Below are positions 11,151 to 24,224 of a stretch of DNA of 64,000 nucleotides, piece by piece. The position numbers and the translations under genes were made by a program. The stretch is from Hamiltosporidium tvaerminnensis FI-OER-3-3 (Eukaryota; Fungi; Microsporidia). The notes beneath the pieces are model-generated. The model did not search any database. It was not told where the DNA came from and was given only the letters and a program-made list of their open reading frames with translations. How positions within the stretch are numbered: the first letter of the stretch is position 1; every line of letters begins with the position of its first letter. The stretch is taken from NCBI GenBank assembly GCA_022605425.2, contig CM061246.1:558001-622000 (forward strand), in the 5' to 3' direction.

Positions 11151-12019
11151 AATACATTTAGAATTTAATTAACTTAAAAAGGAGAATATTTATAACTATC
11201 ATAACATAACTAAAAATAATTTTAAAACAAAGAAAAAATAGAGACTAATTATCCTATATATACCAATTTTATTCTAAATTTATTACTTCTGTGTCCGATA
11301 AATAATATTTCTTTAGTTTACCAAATTAAAAAATACTCTTCCATAACTTTTTAATATTCTTTTACAACCAACTTTTAAAATATATTACAGCACAATAAAA
11401 GTGCCATTTTTTCTTTATATTCTTAAGTCGAAATGTGCATCTTTACGTAATTTGCATAGTTAGAAATTAAACTTAATAATTTATAATGTTTTAGATGGTA
11501 ACCGATAATAAACATAATAAGGAGGATGATTTTTGAGATGATTATGAAATATGTAAGATATGGAAAAATTGTAAAAAATTATAAAGAGATATTTTTAGAA
11601 ACCAGAATTTTTTTCAAAGAACTTATAATCTTTTTATATGTTAGATTATGTTTTAGATATTTGCGGATAAACTTTTACAAAAGATAAGTTAAATTGATCT
11701 AAAAACATTTGAAGCACGTTTCAAACTTTGAATATGCTCAATACTTGTCGAACATATTAAGTATAAGTAATGTTTGACCCAAATCTAAAATTTTTACAAA
11801 ATAATGTTTAATTAATTTTTATACCGCGATAAAAAAATTAATTTTTTTGATTTCTAATCACAAGCAAATTAAATTCAATCTATATTTAATTTTATCAAAG
11901 TTATATTTAATTAATATAACCAATAATATTGAAATTTCCCCTTTTACCATATTTAGATTTTTAGTTGATTTTAAGGAGAAAAATATAATTTATAAGAAAA
12001 TGATCCCTACTGACTAGAA

Positions 12020-14356
12020 ATGTTATCCTTTACAAACGATAAAAATAGTTATTTGAAAAAATATACCAGACAACTTGATTTGGGTTGTAAATTGAACAAG
12101 TGCTGTCGAATATTTTGTAAAAGAAATATGTCAAGATCTTGTATGCAAAATATAGGAAAAATGTTGGCCAAATATGGATCGGTTTTTTATTGTGAAAATA
12201 TATGTCTTATTCTTCAGGGTAACGAGTTTTCCAATGATTATATTTCAGTTGGCTGTAGACCATTGGATTTCTTTTTTTATTTAACGCATATTTTGTTTGA
12301 TGAAGACTTTATAAAAGTAAAAAATAAAGGATGTACATCTCAAAAGTCGGAAAATTGTGATACATTTATAAATAAGAAATTAAATCATGAATTTTGCGAA
12401 TATTTTAACAGTGCTAAATTTGGAGAAGAAGATATTGTATTAATCGAAGGACTATTATATTTGCTACTCAAAAAATATGAATTTACATTAGAACAGACAC
12501 TCGGCTTAGTGATAATTAGAATATTTAATGTCGTTTCTCGTCATTATACGCTTAAAAATGTATATGTTCAGCTTTTTACAAATACATTTCTCAATATACA
12601 AAGATTATCAAAAGAAATATCGAAAGATGATGGTAATGAATGCTGTTGTTTTGAGGATATGAATAAAGATTCTATATCATCAAATATTTCAAATGAATCA
12701 AACATTCATTCCAATGAAACATTAAAATCGGTTGCAGAAAAGGAATCAATTAATACGATATCAAGCGTAACAAAAATTTCTGCTTGTAAATCCCCAGATA
12801 ATTATAATAGCAAACTAGCAAATATAAACTTAAAAAATATATTAAGCGCTGAGAGTAATCATACAAGTAGGTATTCTTTGAATAGCGCATATACATCAAA
12901 TGATACAGGATTACTCCGAGAATGTATATTTAAATCGAAAATAACAAAAAAGGATTTCATAAATCTTGTAAATTCTGTTTCCCTGTGTATAAACTCAATG
13001 GCACATGTAAATATTAGAGAATCTGCGTGTTTAGAAAATCTTTTCAATATTTTTAATATTCTCTATACAATTAATGATCAAGAAAAAATTTTAAACTATA
13101 AAAAATTTTATTCCGAAGAATATTGTAAATCCCAAAATTTCAAGGAAGAATTTAGATCTTATAAAGCAAATTTTAAATCGATGTTAAAATATACCTTTAT
13201 ACTTCCATTGAGAATGAAAGCAGAATTCATTAAATCAGAAAACAGTGATATGATGAAGTCGTGTCTGCAAGATATGTTTTTTAGAGCACTTTTTGAAGGC
13301 GAAACAAAACCGTATTTGTTTATTACGGTCGGAAGATCTACAATATATAGAGATACAATGAATATTTTAAAGAATTTAGATGATAGTGAAATGAAAAAAC
13401 AACTAAAAATAACTTTTGACAACGAAGAAGGTGTGGATTCTGGAGGAATCCGAAAAGAGTATTTTCAATTGTTAAGTGAGGAAATAACAAATGATCACGG
13501 TCTATTTAAAATCAAAAATAATTATTTATGGTTTAAAATCACAGATAGAGCTTCTGATAATCTTAGGGAATATGAAACGATAGGAAAACTAATCGGGATA
13601 GCCTTGTATAACGATGTAGTGTTAAATATACCTTTCCCAAGTGTGTTTTTCAAAAAACTGTTGTCTAAAAGAACGAATACATCTGATTTACAGCAGATAT
13701 GTCCAGATATTTTTCAATCACTTTATAATCTTAAAAAATGTCAAAAGGAAGAATTAAAAGAATTAGAACAAACTTTCGAAATAGCTTATTCCACAAATGA
13801 TATTGAAATAACACATTTTCTTGTGGAAAATGGAAATAAAGTAATGGTAGATTGTGAAAATGTCAACGAATTTATCGAAAAATATGCAGATTTTATCCTG
13901 AATGAATCTATATCAGCTGAATTTGAATCTCTTAAGAAGGGATTTTTTTCAATTGTGAAACATTCAACCGTGAGTTATCTTCATTCAAAAGAATTAGAAA
14001 AAATTATAGTAGGCACAACATTTATAGATGTTGAAGCAATTCATAAACATGCTTTAAATACAGGTTTTGATGAAAATTCATCGACTCTACAAAATTTTTG
14101 GGAAATATTTACCGAATTTGATTCTGAGAATCGAAAAAAGTTGCTTCAATTTATAACCGGAAATGATAGAATACCGGTCTCTGGGCCAGAATCACTAAAA
14201 TTAGTTATAATGAAAAATGGTTGTGATACCGATCGGCTTCCTTCATCACAAACATGTTTTAATACACTTTTGTTGCCGGAATATTCTTCCAAAGAAAAAT
14301 TAAAAAGCAAATTATTGAGTGCTATTCACATGACCAAAGGCTTCTTTTTATTATAA
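12020..14356 (+). CDS. HECT-domain E3 ubiquitin ligase, UBE3A/E6AP-like, with an N-terminal AZUL-like zinc finger
   Basis: KKQLKITFDNEEGVDSGGIRKEYF, GKLIGIALYN, KKLLQFITGNDRIP and catalytic DRLPSSQTCFNTLLLPEYSSKEKLK. N-terminal YTRQLDLGCKLNKCCRIFC resembles AZUL (Y..QL..GC....C...FC). CCC at 12005-12007; AATAAA directly after the stop. Confidence 0.93.
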   Translation: MLSFTNDKNSYLKKYTRQLDLGCKLNKCCRIFCKRNMSRSCMQNIGKMLAKYGSVFYCENICLILQGNEFSNDYISVGCRPLDFFFYLTHILFDEDFIKVKNKGCTSQKSENCDTFINKKLNHEFCEYFNSAKFGEEDIVLIEGLLYLLLKKYEFTLEQTLGLVIIRIFNVVSRHYTLKNVYVQLFTNTFLNIQRLSKEISKDDGNECCCFEDMNKDSISSNISNESNIHSNETLKSVAEKESINTISSVTKISACKSPDNYNSKLANINLKNILSAESNHTSRYSLNSAYTSNDTGLLRECIFKSKITKKDFINLVNSVSLCINSMAHVNIRESACLENLFNIFNILYTINDQEKILNYKKFYSEEYCKSQNFKEEFRSYKANFKSMLKYTFILPLRMKAEFIKSENSDMMKSCLQDMFFRALFEGETKPYLFITVGRSTIYRDTMNILKNLDDSEMKKQLKITFDNEEGVDSGGIRKEYFQLLSEEITNDHGLFKIKNNYLWFKITDRASDNLREYETIGKLIGIALYNDVVLNIPFPSVFFKKLLSKRTNTSDLQQICPDIFQSLYNLKKCQKEELKELEQTFEIAYSTNDIEITHFLVENGNKVMVDCENVNEFIEKYADFILNESISAEFESLKKGFFSIVKHSTVSYLHSKELEKIIVGTTFIDVEAIHKHALNTGFDENSSTLQNFWEIFTEFDSENRKKLLQFITGNDRIPVSGPESLKLVIMKNGCDTDRLPSSQTCFNTLLLPEYSSKEKLKSKLLSAIHMTKGFFLL

Positions 14357-17300
14357 AAATAAATAAAAATATTTTTTTCAATTTTTACTTTCTATTCAAC
14401 CTTGAAATTTATAATTAGATTTAAACATTCTCGGTTCGGTTATTTGCAATGCCATCTAAAAGCCGAATATTTATGTATTTGTTCGATTTTTATCAATACA
14501 AAAAAAAACCATATATATATGAAAGGCAGCCTCGACCTTAAAAGAAATGCAAAAGATCACCTAAATGCAACTTAACAACAAACTTTAAAATTATAGGACA
14601 AAAATCATTAGAAATATTCTAAATTCGACTTTAAAAGACAAAATTTTTTATTAGAATAGATTTTTTTTCTTAACAGCGACATTATGTTAGCTCCTGATAC
14701 ATTTGAGTAATAAAATGTCTCATAAACCCGCAAAAAAAAATGTTTGTTACTTTGAATCGATTATTTTTTAGGCTGGGTTTGCAATTATGTATTTGGTTCT
14801 GATCTGGAGGAATATAAGAGGTACTAATCTGAATATATTGGCTTATTTAATATAAAATGATATCGGACAAGTATTTACGCTATACAAACAAATTGCAAAA
14901 ATACAATTAACTGTGTAATATAGTTCATATATTTTTACAATGTATAGAAAAGTATATGAAATCTAGAAAACATATCATATCATGCACCTATATTTAAATG
15001 CTAAAAATAAATTATAGCTATAAAATGTAACAATCACCTTCGAAGATAAAATTCTAATTGTAAAGAATTTGTTTTGCTGGTAAAATATTATGAATTTAAT
15101 CTCATAAATAATACAAATGTAAAACAAAAATTATTAAAGGTTTTAAGTTCAAAAGCCTGATATAATATTTCTGGATATTATGTCTCTTTTAGTACGCATT
15201 TGTAACTCATTAAAATAAAAAATATTAAGCTTAGTCAGAACTCAGAAATAAAAGTGTCGATATAGAAAAAAAACGGTGCTAATCAAAGAAAAAATAGTTA
15301 TTTTAGGAGAAATATTTATTCCCGAGGATAAGCTCAACTTTAAGATTCCCCAAAAATATCCTATTACTGTTTATTTCTCAGATTATATATATTTTCAAAA
15401 TTTATTTACAGCATTCAAGGATAAATACTGTTCCAATAAAAAATCTATTTTTTATGACTTCTTTCTGTTTTTTTGAATATTTTTTTTTACATTACTTTAG
15501 GTATCTCACCTTGGCTCTCCCATCGCAATAAATATTAAAAACATAATGCAAAAAAATAAGATCTACGAACCATATTTCTGGTTTTCGTGGAAAATTTGAA
15601 TTTTTTCAGTAATAGAAACAAAGAATTAAAGAATTGATGACAGATTTAATTTGATTGGATTATATTATAACGTTTGTGAATTTATCAAACACAAATATTA
15701 TTTCTAAAGTTTATATACTGTTTGATTGAAATATACTGCAGTAAAAAGGTTAATAAGTACAATTCTAGTTTGATTTTTCAACATTAAAATTTGGAACTTT
15801 ATTCCAAGCAAAAAAGCAACCTTACGAAGTCAATTCCTGTATTATAAATACTCATCATATTTTTTTACAATAAAAAAACTTTTCTTCGTCAGTAATTCGA
15901 CTATTTTTCATATTTTTTTAATATCTGACGTATGAGCTACTGCCTAAAATTAACTTTGTGTAAACCGAGACAATTAAGCTAGTAAAATAAAAATTTTACA
16001 TAAATTTTAGATAGCGATTTCCTTATACCGAATAAATTTGCTCTATAAATTTCTCGGATCGACATTGGTTTCAGATCCAATCTTCTAAAGAATTTATTTT
16101 TATTTTATATTTTACATCAAACTATTCTAAATTTTAGATTTTCAATTATATGATCTACTCGGTTAAACTAACCATAATTCGCAAATTCGGACAATCAATG
16201 GGAATTTCTTTAAATATGGAATTAGGTGTTTTTATTTTTGATTTTTCAGCCAATTTTATGTTTAATTTAAAACGCCTGATATATAATTGGTCCACTTTTA
16301 GGCTTTGGGAACTTTTTTCAGTCCTATTATATCTGGAAATCAAGATTCATCAAATAAGGTAATTTTCGCTTAAAAAATTATTCTCAATGACTCTAAGTTC
16401 TGGTCGGTGTGTGGGTTGTTTATAAAACACGACTTCTTGAGGGTATTCAATGATGCATTTAGCATCTCACATATGTGTTTGGTCGCGGATCTAATCCTCT
16501 TCATGGAGTAAAATATATATTTAAAAATCATTTTTTTAAAGAAAAAAAATTTGTGAGAATTTATGGTCTTATTCCCACAAGAAAATAGAGTATTTTTAGT
16601 TGATAATATGATATTTGTTACGATACTGTTCTGTGTTATCAAAATAGAAGCGGAGAGAGTAAGGCTGTACAAAAATTGTCCTCTTGGCGATGAGTGTGTA
16701 CAACTCATGTGAAAACGATTGCCGCCATTGTGTTAATTATAATCACCTTGAATTTATAGAAAAATCTTTAATAATCCCGAGTTAGAACAGATTTAAAGTA
16801 ACAAATGGAAAACTTTTATTTGTTCATTTCAAGATAAAGAGGTAAACGATTAAGTATGTAAGTTTAAAAATAAATATTATTTATTTTGAAGTTCGTTACA
16901 GAACAGTATTATTTATAACTGTCGTATCTCCAAATTTTTTTCTCCTATCGATGAAAAAAGGGACAAACTTTTAAATATTCAATTATTTAATGATTTATGA
17001 AATCCATTTTTCCTGTATAATAGAAATATTTTTATCTTTTAATTTCTTAAAGATTATCAAGTATTCTACGAATGTAAATTATTTTTTTACAATCATTTAA
17101 GATAAAATATTTAAAAGGTTTGAAGAATTATAAAAATGTAACTTCTTAAAAAAAAATTCGACTCAAATAAATGTACGTACATGGTTTATTGAACGTTTAA
17201 ATAAAGTCGATTGTGTCCTGACGTCCTTAGAAGTCACATTTATACTTCAAGCTTTATTTTTTGAAGTATTTAAAGTCATAACGATTACATTAAAAATTCT

Positions 17301-17494
17301 ACACTATATATCAGTCGAAGTATAAAGTACAATGAATCGAAGATCATTTAATTAGCCAATGTATTACAAATGTGAAGATTGCAAAATTTAAATTTATACC
17401 AAGCGTAAATTTTAAGACTCACAAGAAATTCATAACTGTACAAAAATTTATCATTAAGCTATAAATTTATGGGTTAAAACTTTGTTCAAACCTG

Positions 17495-17830
17495 TATGCA
17501 TTTTCTTCTACCTTTTTACAACCATCTTTTCTTCTCTTAAATCAGAATCTTCATTTATGTTTATTGTCAGTTCCTCTAATGTAATACTAAACCTGAAATA
17601 AGTAGTTGATGATTCTTTGGCTTAAAGTGTTTTACACTATCTTCCTCGTTACCAGCTTGTTTTAATTCAAGTGTTAGTTCCCCGTGAATCCCAACTGTCT
17701 TAATAACACATATTTCAAGCTCTTTCCCAGCTCTCCTCGGCATTTGATTCAAACTTAAGTCCTCTTTATCGATCAAAGGATACAAAAATTTAAAACCTTG
17801 ATTTATTTTTAATAGTACTGTGTTAATAAA
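17495..17830 (-). mobile_element. 3'-terminal remnant of the same RLE-type LINE family
   Basis: Reverse complement contains VSFDR*RGLKFESNAEESWERA and ataaacataaatgaagattctgattta...ggtagaagaaaatgcata, matching the ends at ~11080-11135 and ~22200-22270. Confidence 0.65.
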
Positions 17831-20800
17831 GTCCAATCTATTTTAAAATATTGATCCTGAATAAATTTATCTATAATGAACTAAAAATGAATATAATAAA
17901 ATATAACAATTATAAAAAACCCGCTAAACAATAAAAAACGATAAAAATGCTAGAATAGATGGCTCTAGCCAAATACGAAACGAATTGAACGCCTCGGTCG
18001 ACCATCTTAGATAGAATATAAAGTAATTGGTTATGAAGATAGAGGGAAAGATTTATGAAGTTTAAAACTTTGCTCTATAATAGAATGCGATATTTCCAAA
18101 TAGACTCGGCAAATTTTTTGTGGAAAGAATGTAAATATGAGGCTAGACCGTTATATTAGATAGAGTAAATATATTATATAGAGAATCAGCTACTTCAAAA
18201 ACATTAGAATGACTTTGCAACGTAACTTAAGAGATCAAAGTATAATAATGATAATCACTCGTTCATATTCAAAGATTTAAATACAAACGTTTTTCGATAT
18301 TCATAAATTTATTGAAATTAAAAGATTGCATATGATTCAAGCAACAAATAAATATATATCGATCTATTGTGTTCAAAAGCAAGATAAAATGTAGGAATTA
18401 ATCATGTTTTGATTATATTATTATACAGGGAAATTTTTTAACATTTAAATTTTTTTATAATGTTGAATATTTTCAAAAAAAGAAACAATCATATGACTAT
18501 ATCTAATAAATATAATAAAAGCATCTGCTAAATTTGACAACAAATAATGCAAAATTTAGACTAATAAACACTTTACATGAAATTGATGCTATAAAATATT
18601 CTAGATATATTTTCAAATATAAAGCTTTTTTTCCTTAGTTTTTTATTTTTTAATATTCTGATTTAACTATCGATATATTAAAAAACAGAAGGACATTACA
18701 TTGTAATATAATGTGTAGAATTGCTTTAGAAACATGAGTATGCATGATAAAATCATAAATATTAGATTAAACAGCAAAATATAGTTATAAACACACATTC
18801 TCAGAAATTTTAAGAACATATATCAGAAGCACTGTCTTTGAATAAGTAGTTGTAACAATCTAAATTCTTCATAAGAACAAGATTTGCATTAAATTAGCCA
18901 CCAAATCAATTTATGAAAAAATTTACAAGGAACTTTTCAATAATAAAATTGTGAATTTATGATTCACTCTTAGATCATTTTCTACTCTAAGACTAAAAAG
19001 AGTTCAATAAAAGAATAAATATTAAGAAAAAGCCTTATGAATATAGGTTTTTATTTGTAATAAAGTGATAGATGTACAACATAGCCGAAAAATAAATATA
19101 ATATATTGATCTTTTGCATATTTATTAACATTTAAAATTTTTAGTGTGAAGCTTACATATTACATATTTCCTTACACTGTTTATAGAACAATTTATCTTT
19201 ATATTTGAAAGAGAATAGATAAGTCAGAAATTGACTTTAATGCTTTAACGAACAAAGTTGGAATAAGAATTCAATATTCATACAGAGAAGAGCTTTTTTT
19301 CGTATTTGATGATTATTCGAAGGAGATGAAATTTTTATAAATATGAGATTTTTTTCGTAATATCATGCACAATTTTAAATTTTTAACAAGGCTTAGAACT
19401 ATGTTGAATATTAAACAACTTATTTTAAAATAGGAATGTCTTGCAGATAAAATTAAGTTGTTAATTTTATATTTATTCTGTTCCTGGATTTAACGTTTTC
19501 TATGACTTAAAACTGGAAAAATTAATATTAGGAGTCAGCACGAAAACAGATAGGTTTAATTTGATATCACTTAATACCGGAGAAAAATTTAATACTAAGA
19601 TTGAAAATGAAAGTGATGAGTTTTATTTTATATGAATTTTATCTGTTCTAAGATATAGAAGTAAAAATTTAAATTGTTTTTAAAAATCATAAGCTGCAAA
19701 AACATATCGATAGGAATGAATTTCTTGATGTAAAGTTTAAATTCATTCATTTAAAAAATGTTTTACTAAATATAAGACGTTTAGCTAAGAAATTTTTGAA
19801 CGAAAATACGATGTGCAAATATAATTCAAAATAACCAAAAGAATTTTTTTTAATCAAAAAGGTAATGAACTTAAAGAAAAATCAGATAAAAATTCAAATT
19901 CCTTAGACTTTGTTCTGTTAAATAGAATATAAACTTTATAAGAAACTATTAATCAATTTATTTAAAAATTTATTGAACAATTTTGAAATTTTTTAAAGAT
20001 TTTTTTAAGTGTTATTTGTCTTTACTTACTCACTCAATAGGTTACCGCTCATTAAGAGCCCTAGCGTGATTTATTATAAACCTCCCCCTGTCAAGATAAA
20101 GCGCCTCGCGTTTAAATTCGTCTACAACAAGGCTCAAGATATTTTTATACATCATCTAGCTATCTAGCTTTGGGGTGAACAGAGAGTCTTCGACCGTCGC
20201 GATTAGACACATACATCCTTTTAAATACTCGGCATATCTAAGGTAACTTAGCCTGGTTAGTTTTCTTTACCATGAATAAATTATCTGATTTATCTTCCTC
20301 TTTCATATATGCTTCATATTTATTTTTTATCTGATTATTCGCTGTAATTTTATTTTTATAAAATACATGTTTCAAATTTTGATCTATAATTGATTTAACA
20401 CTTTCTTTATGACTTTTACATATTTTAAAAGCGAGTATAGACTGCACTTGCCTCTCTGGTTTTATATTACATTCGAAAGTGCCATTTCTATATTTTAAGC
20501 TGTATTTAGTCTTGACAAAACTCCTCTTCGTCGATCAAAAAAATTGTTCCGACTTTTTAGAAAGTGAAGTATTAAAAAATCAAAATAAAAATAAACGATT
20601 CCTCAAAAGTTTATTTGTTGATCGAGGTTTCTATTTTAAAATCGAGTAATATAACGACGAAGAATTACCTAAAAGTTTTAATTGGCTGTAAAAATTAAAA
20701 AAACCAATGATATTGTTTGATTAAGAATATGAATCTTGTGATATGTTGATAAATTTTACAGAACCAATACTAGTGTGCAGAGGTAGAACATGATAAGTCT

Positions 20801-22184
20801 AGAAATATTTAATTTGTTCAAAAAAATACTCATTAACCATTGTTAAACAACATTTCTGAATTTCTTACATCTTTTGAATACCATTATAGATCAATTTTTC
20901 TACTTTTATTTAATTTTAATCTTATTTCGAAAAAATCGTTTTTTTTAGATCTTCATTAGTAGTTCTTTCTTAAATTCTTTTACAAGTATCCAAACAATTG
21001 TATAATAGAATAATTTTTTTAAAGACCATTATTTTTACAATATATTTATATCTTCAATAATAATTAAATGAAAGAATTGTGCTTAAATTTATAAAGGAAT
21101 TTTATACTTAATTAAATTAAACGATTTTCCATAAATGTTACTTTTAAGTTATAGATTATTCCATAAATGTTACTATGAAGTTATAGATTATTCCATTGAA
21201 TAATAAAAAAATCATGATATTAGAAAAAAAAATATAGACAAAGGAATACTTGATACAGTTTAATAATACCGAAAAGTCAAGAGAAGAGGTGCAAATAAAT
21301 GATAAAATTATTTAAAAAAAAAGAAAATAAAGAATCTATAGCTAATATAAATTTAAAGACTTATAAAACAAGAAAGGAAAAATATTTTATGTATAAAATA
21401 TTCAGAAATTTTATTAGGAAATTGCTAAGCTATAGCTATAAATGCAGGTATGAAATAGTAAAAAATATACTTTAAAAAATCAGATGAGATTATAAAAGCC
21501 TTAATTACAGATTCAAAAATTATATCAAAGAACCTAGGTTAAGAGAATTATTTAAATATTAGGTTTATTTTTTTGTTGAATGTACAATAAATAGAGTCTA
21601 CAGACCTATGGCTATTAGTGATCATAAAACCCAAAAAAATCTAAACGAAATGCAGTTAATAGAGAAATAAATTATTTGATTCTGGATATTTATGTATTAT
21701 GTTTGTTATTACTTTATTCTACCACATTACAGTTTTGATTCACCTGTTCTTTAAATTTGAATTTTTTAGTCTCTGTACCTGTTTTGAATTCCATTATTTA
21801 TCCACACTTTAAGTTTATTAATACTGTAATTTCTAAACATTCGAAAATAGAATAAAATTAAAAAAATGAGTTTTCAAACAAAATGTTACTAAATGAAATT
21901 TCGCAAAACATGCCGTAAATATTATGAGATTCTTATTTAAATCCAAAATTTTATATGTTCTAAAAATTTTAATGGAAAAGTTAAATACTTCTAAGAATAT
22001 AGAGAACATTTATATAAAAGAATTTTATTATCGGAGAGGCAAAAGGTAACAGATTAAAATCTAAACATTTTAAAGTGATATAAAATTTTGACTAATAAAG
22101 AAAAAAATTTATGAATTAATTATATTTTCAAATGTATCGTAGATATATTAAAAAACTTATCTTTATTCTAAAAAAACAGAATCA

Positions 22185-22272
22185 CTTTAGAGGAACTGAG
22201 ATAAATATAAATGAAAAGTCTGATTTGGAAGAAGAAACATCTGTGGTAGAGGTAGAAGCAAATGCATAAAAA
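22185..22272 (+). mobile_element. Very short 3'-terminal remnant of the RLE-type LINE family
   Basis: tagaggaactgagataaatataaatgaaaagtctgatttggaagaagaa...gaggtagaagcaaatgcataaaa matches the other two remnants. Confidence 0.6.
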
Positions 22273-24224
22273 TTGCAAACCATTTTAACCCAGAATTTTA
22301 TTAAATAGAAATTCTAAAAAAATAGTATTTTAAAAAATTTGAAGGGAATAAATAAAAAATTCAGCTTTTAAAAAAACTAAGTTTCTGTTAATTGATAAAA
22401 AACAATATAATGAAATATACTTTAGAAATTACAATAACATTTATACTTATAAACCATCTTATTATTTAATTAAATTTTTATTATTTGCAAATTCTAAAAG
22501 TAGAAATTAATTTGGTTTAAAAAACCGGAATAATAAAACAAATGGAAAAATATCTTTGCTAATGCAGTTATATAAGAATCTACAACTATAAATTCCGAAA
22601 TTATTATTGTGTTAAAGTAGAAAAATAATGTATAACTTAATGTTATTAAAATATAGATTCTGTAATAATAATTTAGAATCAAGAAGAAAAAAATCTTGCT
22701 TAATTTTAAGTATAAAATGTAGAGTAATATTAGTTTGTCCTAGAAGTATTAAAAACCACAAGGAATGTCTTTTTAAAATACAGGTTTAAATATATCAGTA
22801 AAAGGATTAACAAAATATTACTAAACTCGAATACTAAAAAACTGGTATAAAAAAGAGTAATTTTAAAGTTATATTTTCAAAATTTAGTGCAGAATAAAAG
22901 AAATAGCTATAACTTATGTTCATATACAAGAAATATAGAAATGAAACCAAATATAATTTTTAGAAGGTTCATTTTTTACTCGATATATAAATATGATATA
23001 ATATTTTGAAAATAATTTTATGAAGTAGAATTATGAAACTATAAATAATGAAATAATATTGGTTTAAGAAAAATCAACGATAGAACTAAAATTATATAAA
23101 TTTTAAATCATATTTTAAATCCTTAGAAATATAGTAAGTTTCCAAGGAGTAAATATTAGTTTTTTTTAGACAGTAATGTATTTTGGAAGTATAGAGTTAT
23201 TAAAACTATGAATAATATGCAGATCTTCAATTTGTATTTTTCAGAGAATTTTTATGTACTAAAAACCATATTTATTACTGAACAGGTACCTTTTAAGATT
23301 TTTGAATTTATAAACCAAAAATACCACTTGTAAAGCATTTTTTAAAATTTGATTCTTCGTTCTAAACAAGAAATTTCATTTTTCTAATATTTATAATATA
23401 TCAATATCATTCTAAATAAATTTGATTAAAAAAAGATCTTTTGATATATTTGACATGATAAAATACTTTTTTAATTTATAAAAAAATTCTTAACCGTTGT
23501 ATGTTCGAAGGAAAAACCTGGAAATAGAAAAACAATTTTTTTAAATAGAACATCTTCTTGGAGTTAAATATTAACGAATGTGATATTTATATACACAAAG
23601 AAAAATTTGATGTTTAGTATTTTTTCTTTTTTAGATATATGATTCGTTAGTAGAGAATGGGTAAGAAAAGAAATTTGAAATAATTTAACATATTTAGAAT
23701 TCTTTATATTAGAAGTAAGTTGATTGATTTTATTTTTTATGGGTGTTATATTCTCTAAATATTTTTGAAAAGATTGATTTGGTGTTAAAATTACTGTGAA
23801 AATTATTTTTTTCGTATATAAAGGATGTTATTTATAGAACTGTTTACCCCAAATCATATGAGAATTAAAATGTCAATAGAAAACACTAAGAATGAGACAA
23901 ATCAACCAGAAATTACAATTGCATGTAACCGTAGAAATCAAGTTGATCTAATCAAATTGATCTACAAACGTACTTTCGAATCATTAACTTAGTTGTTAAT
24001 TCACGTGATTTAGATCAATGATCAAATCGATATGGTGTTCTAGTTACTTTGACATGTTCAAGTAACAAATTGGTGTTACATATGGTTACTGCTCTGATGC
24101 AGATTTTGGAGGTTTTCCGTTGTTACTTTGGTTTCTTGTGCTGCTTTATTCATCGGGATTAAGTTATGGACTCAACGAGTCAATTGTGTGTGATTTGGAT
24201 GTGACGTGTAATGGTATATTTGTG

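Noticed and set aside
16370-16708. 112-aa minus-strand ORF and a nearby LSPLLF-like peptide in another frame
   Set aside because: Too little similarity to call an RT remnant or a gene.
18200-23850. AT-rich stretches that look like decayed genes (also 34300-37900 and 54000-58000)
   Set aside because: No motif I can assign; BLASTX would be needed.
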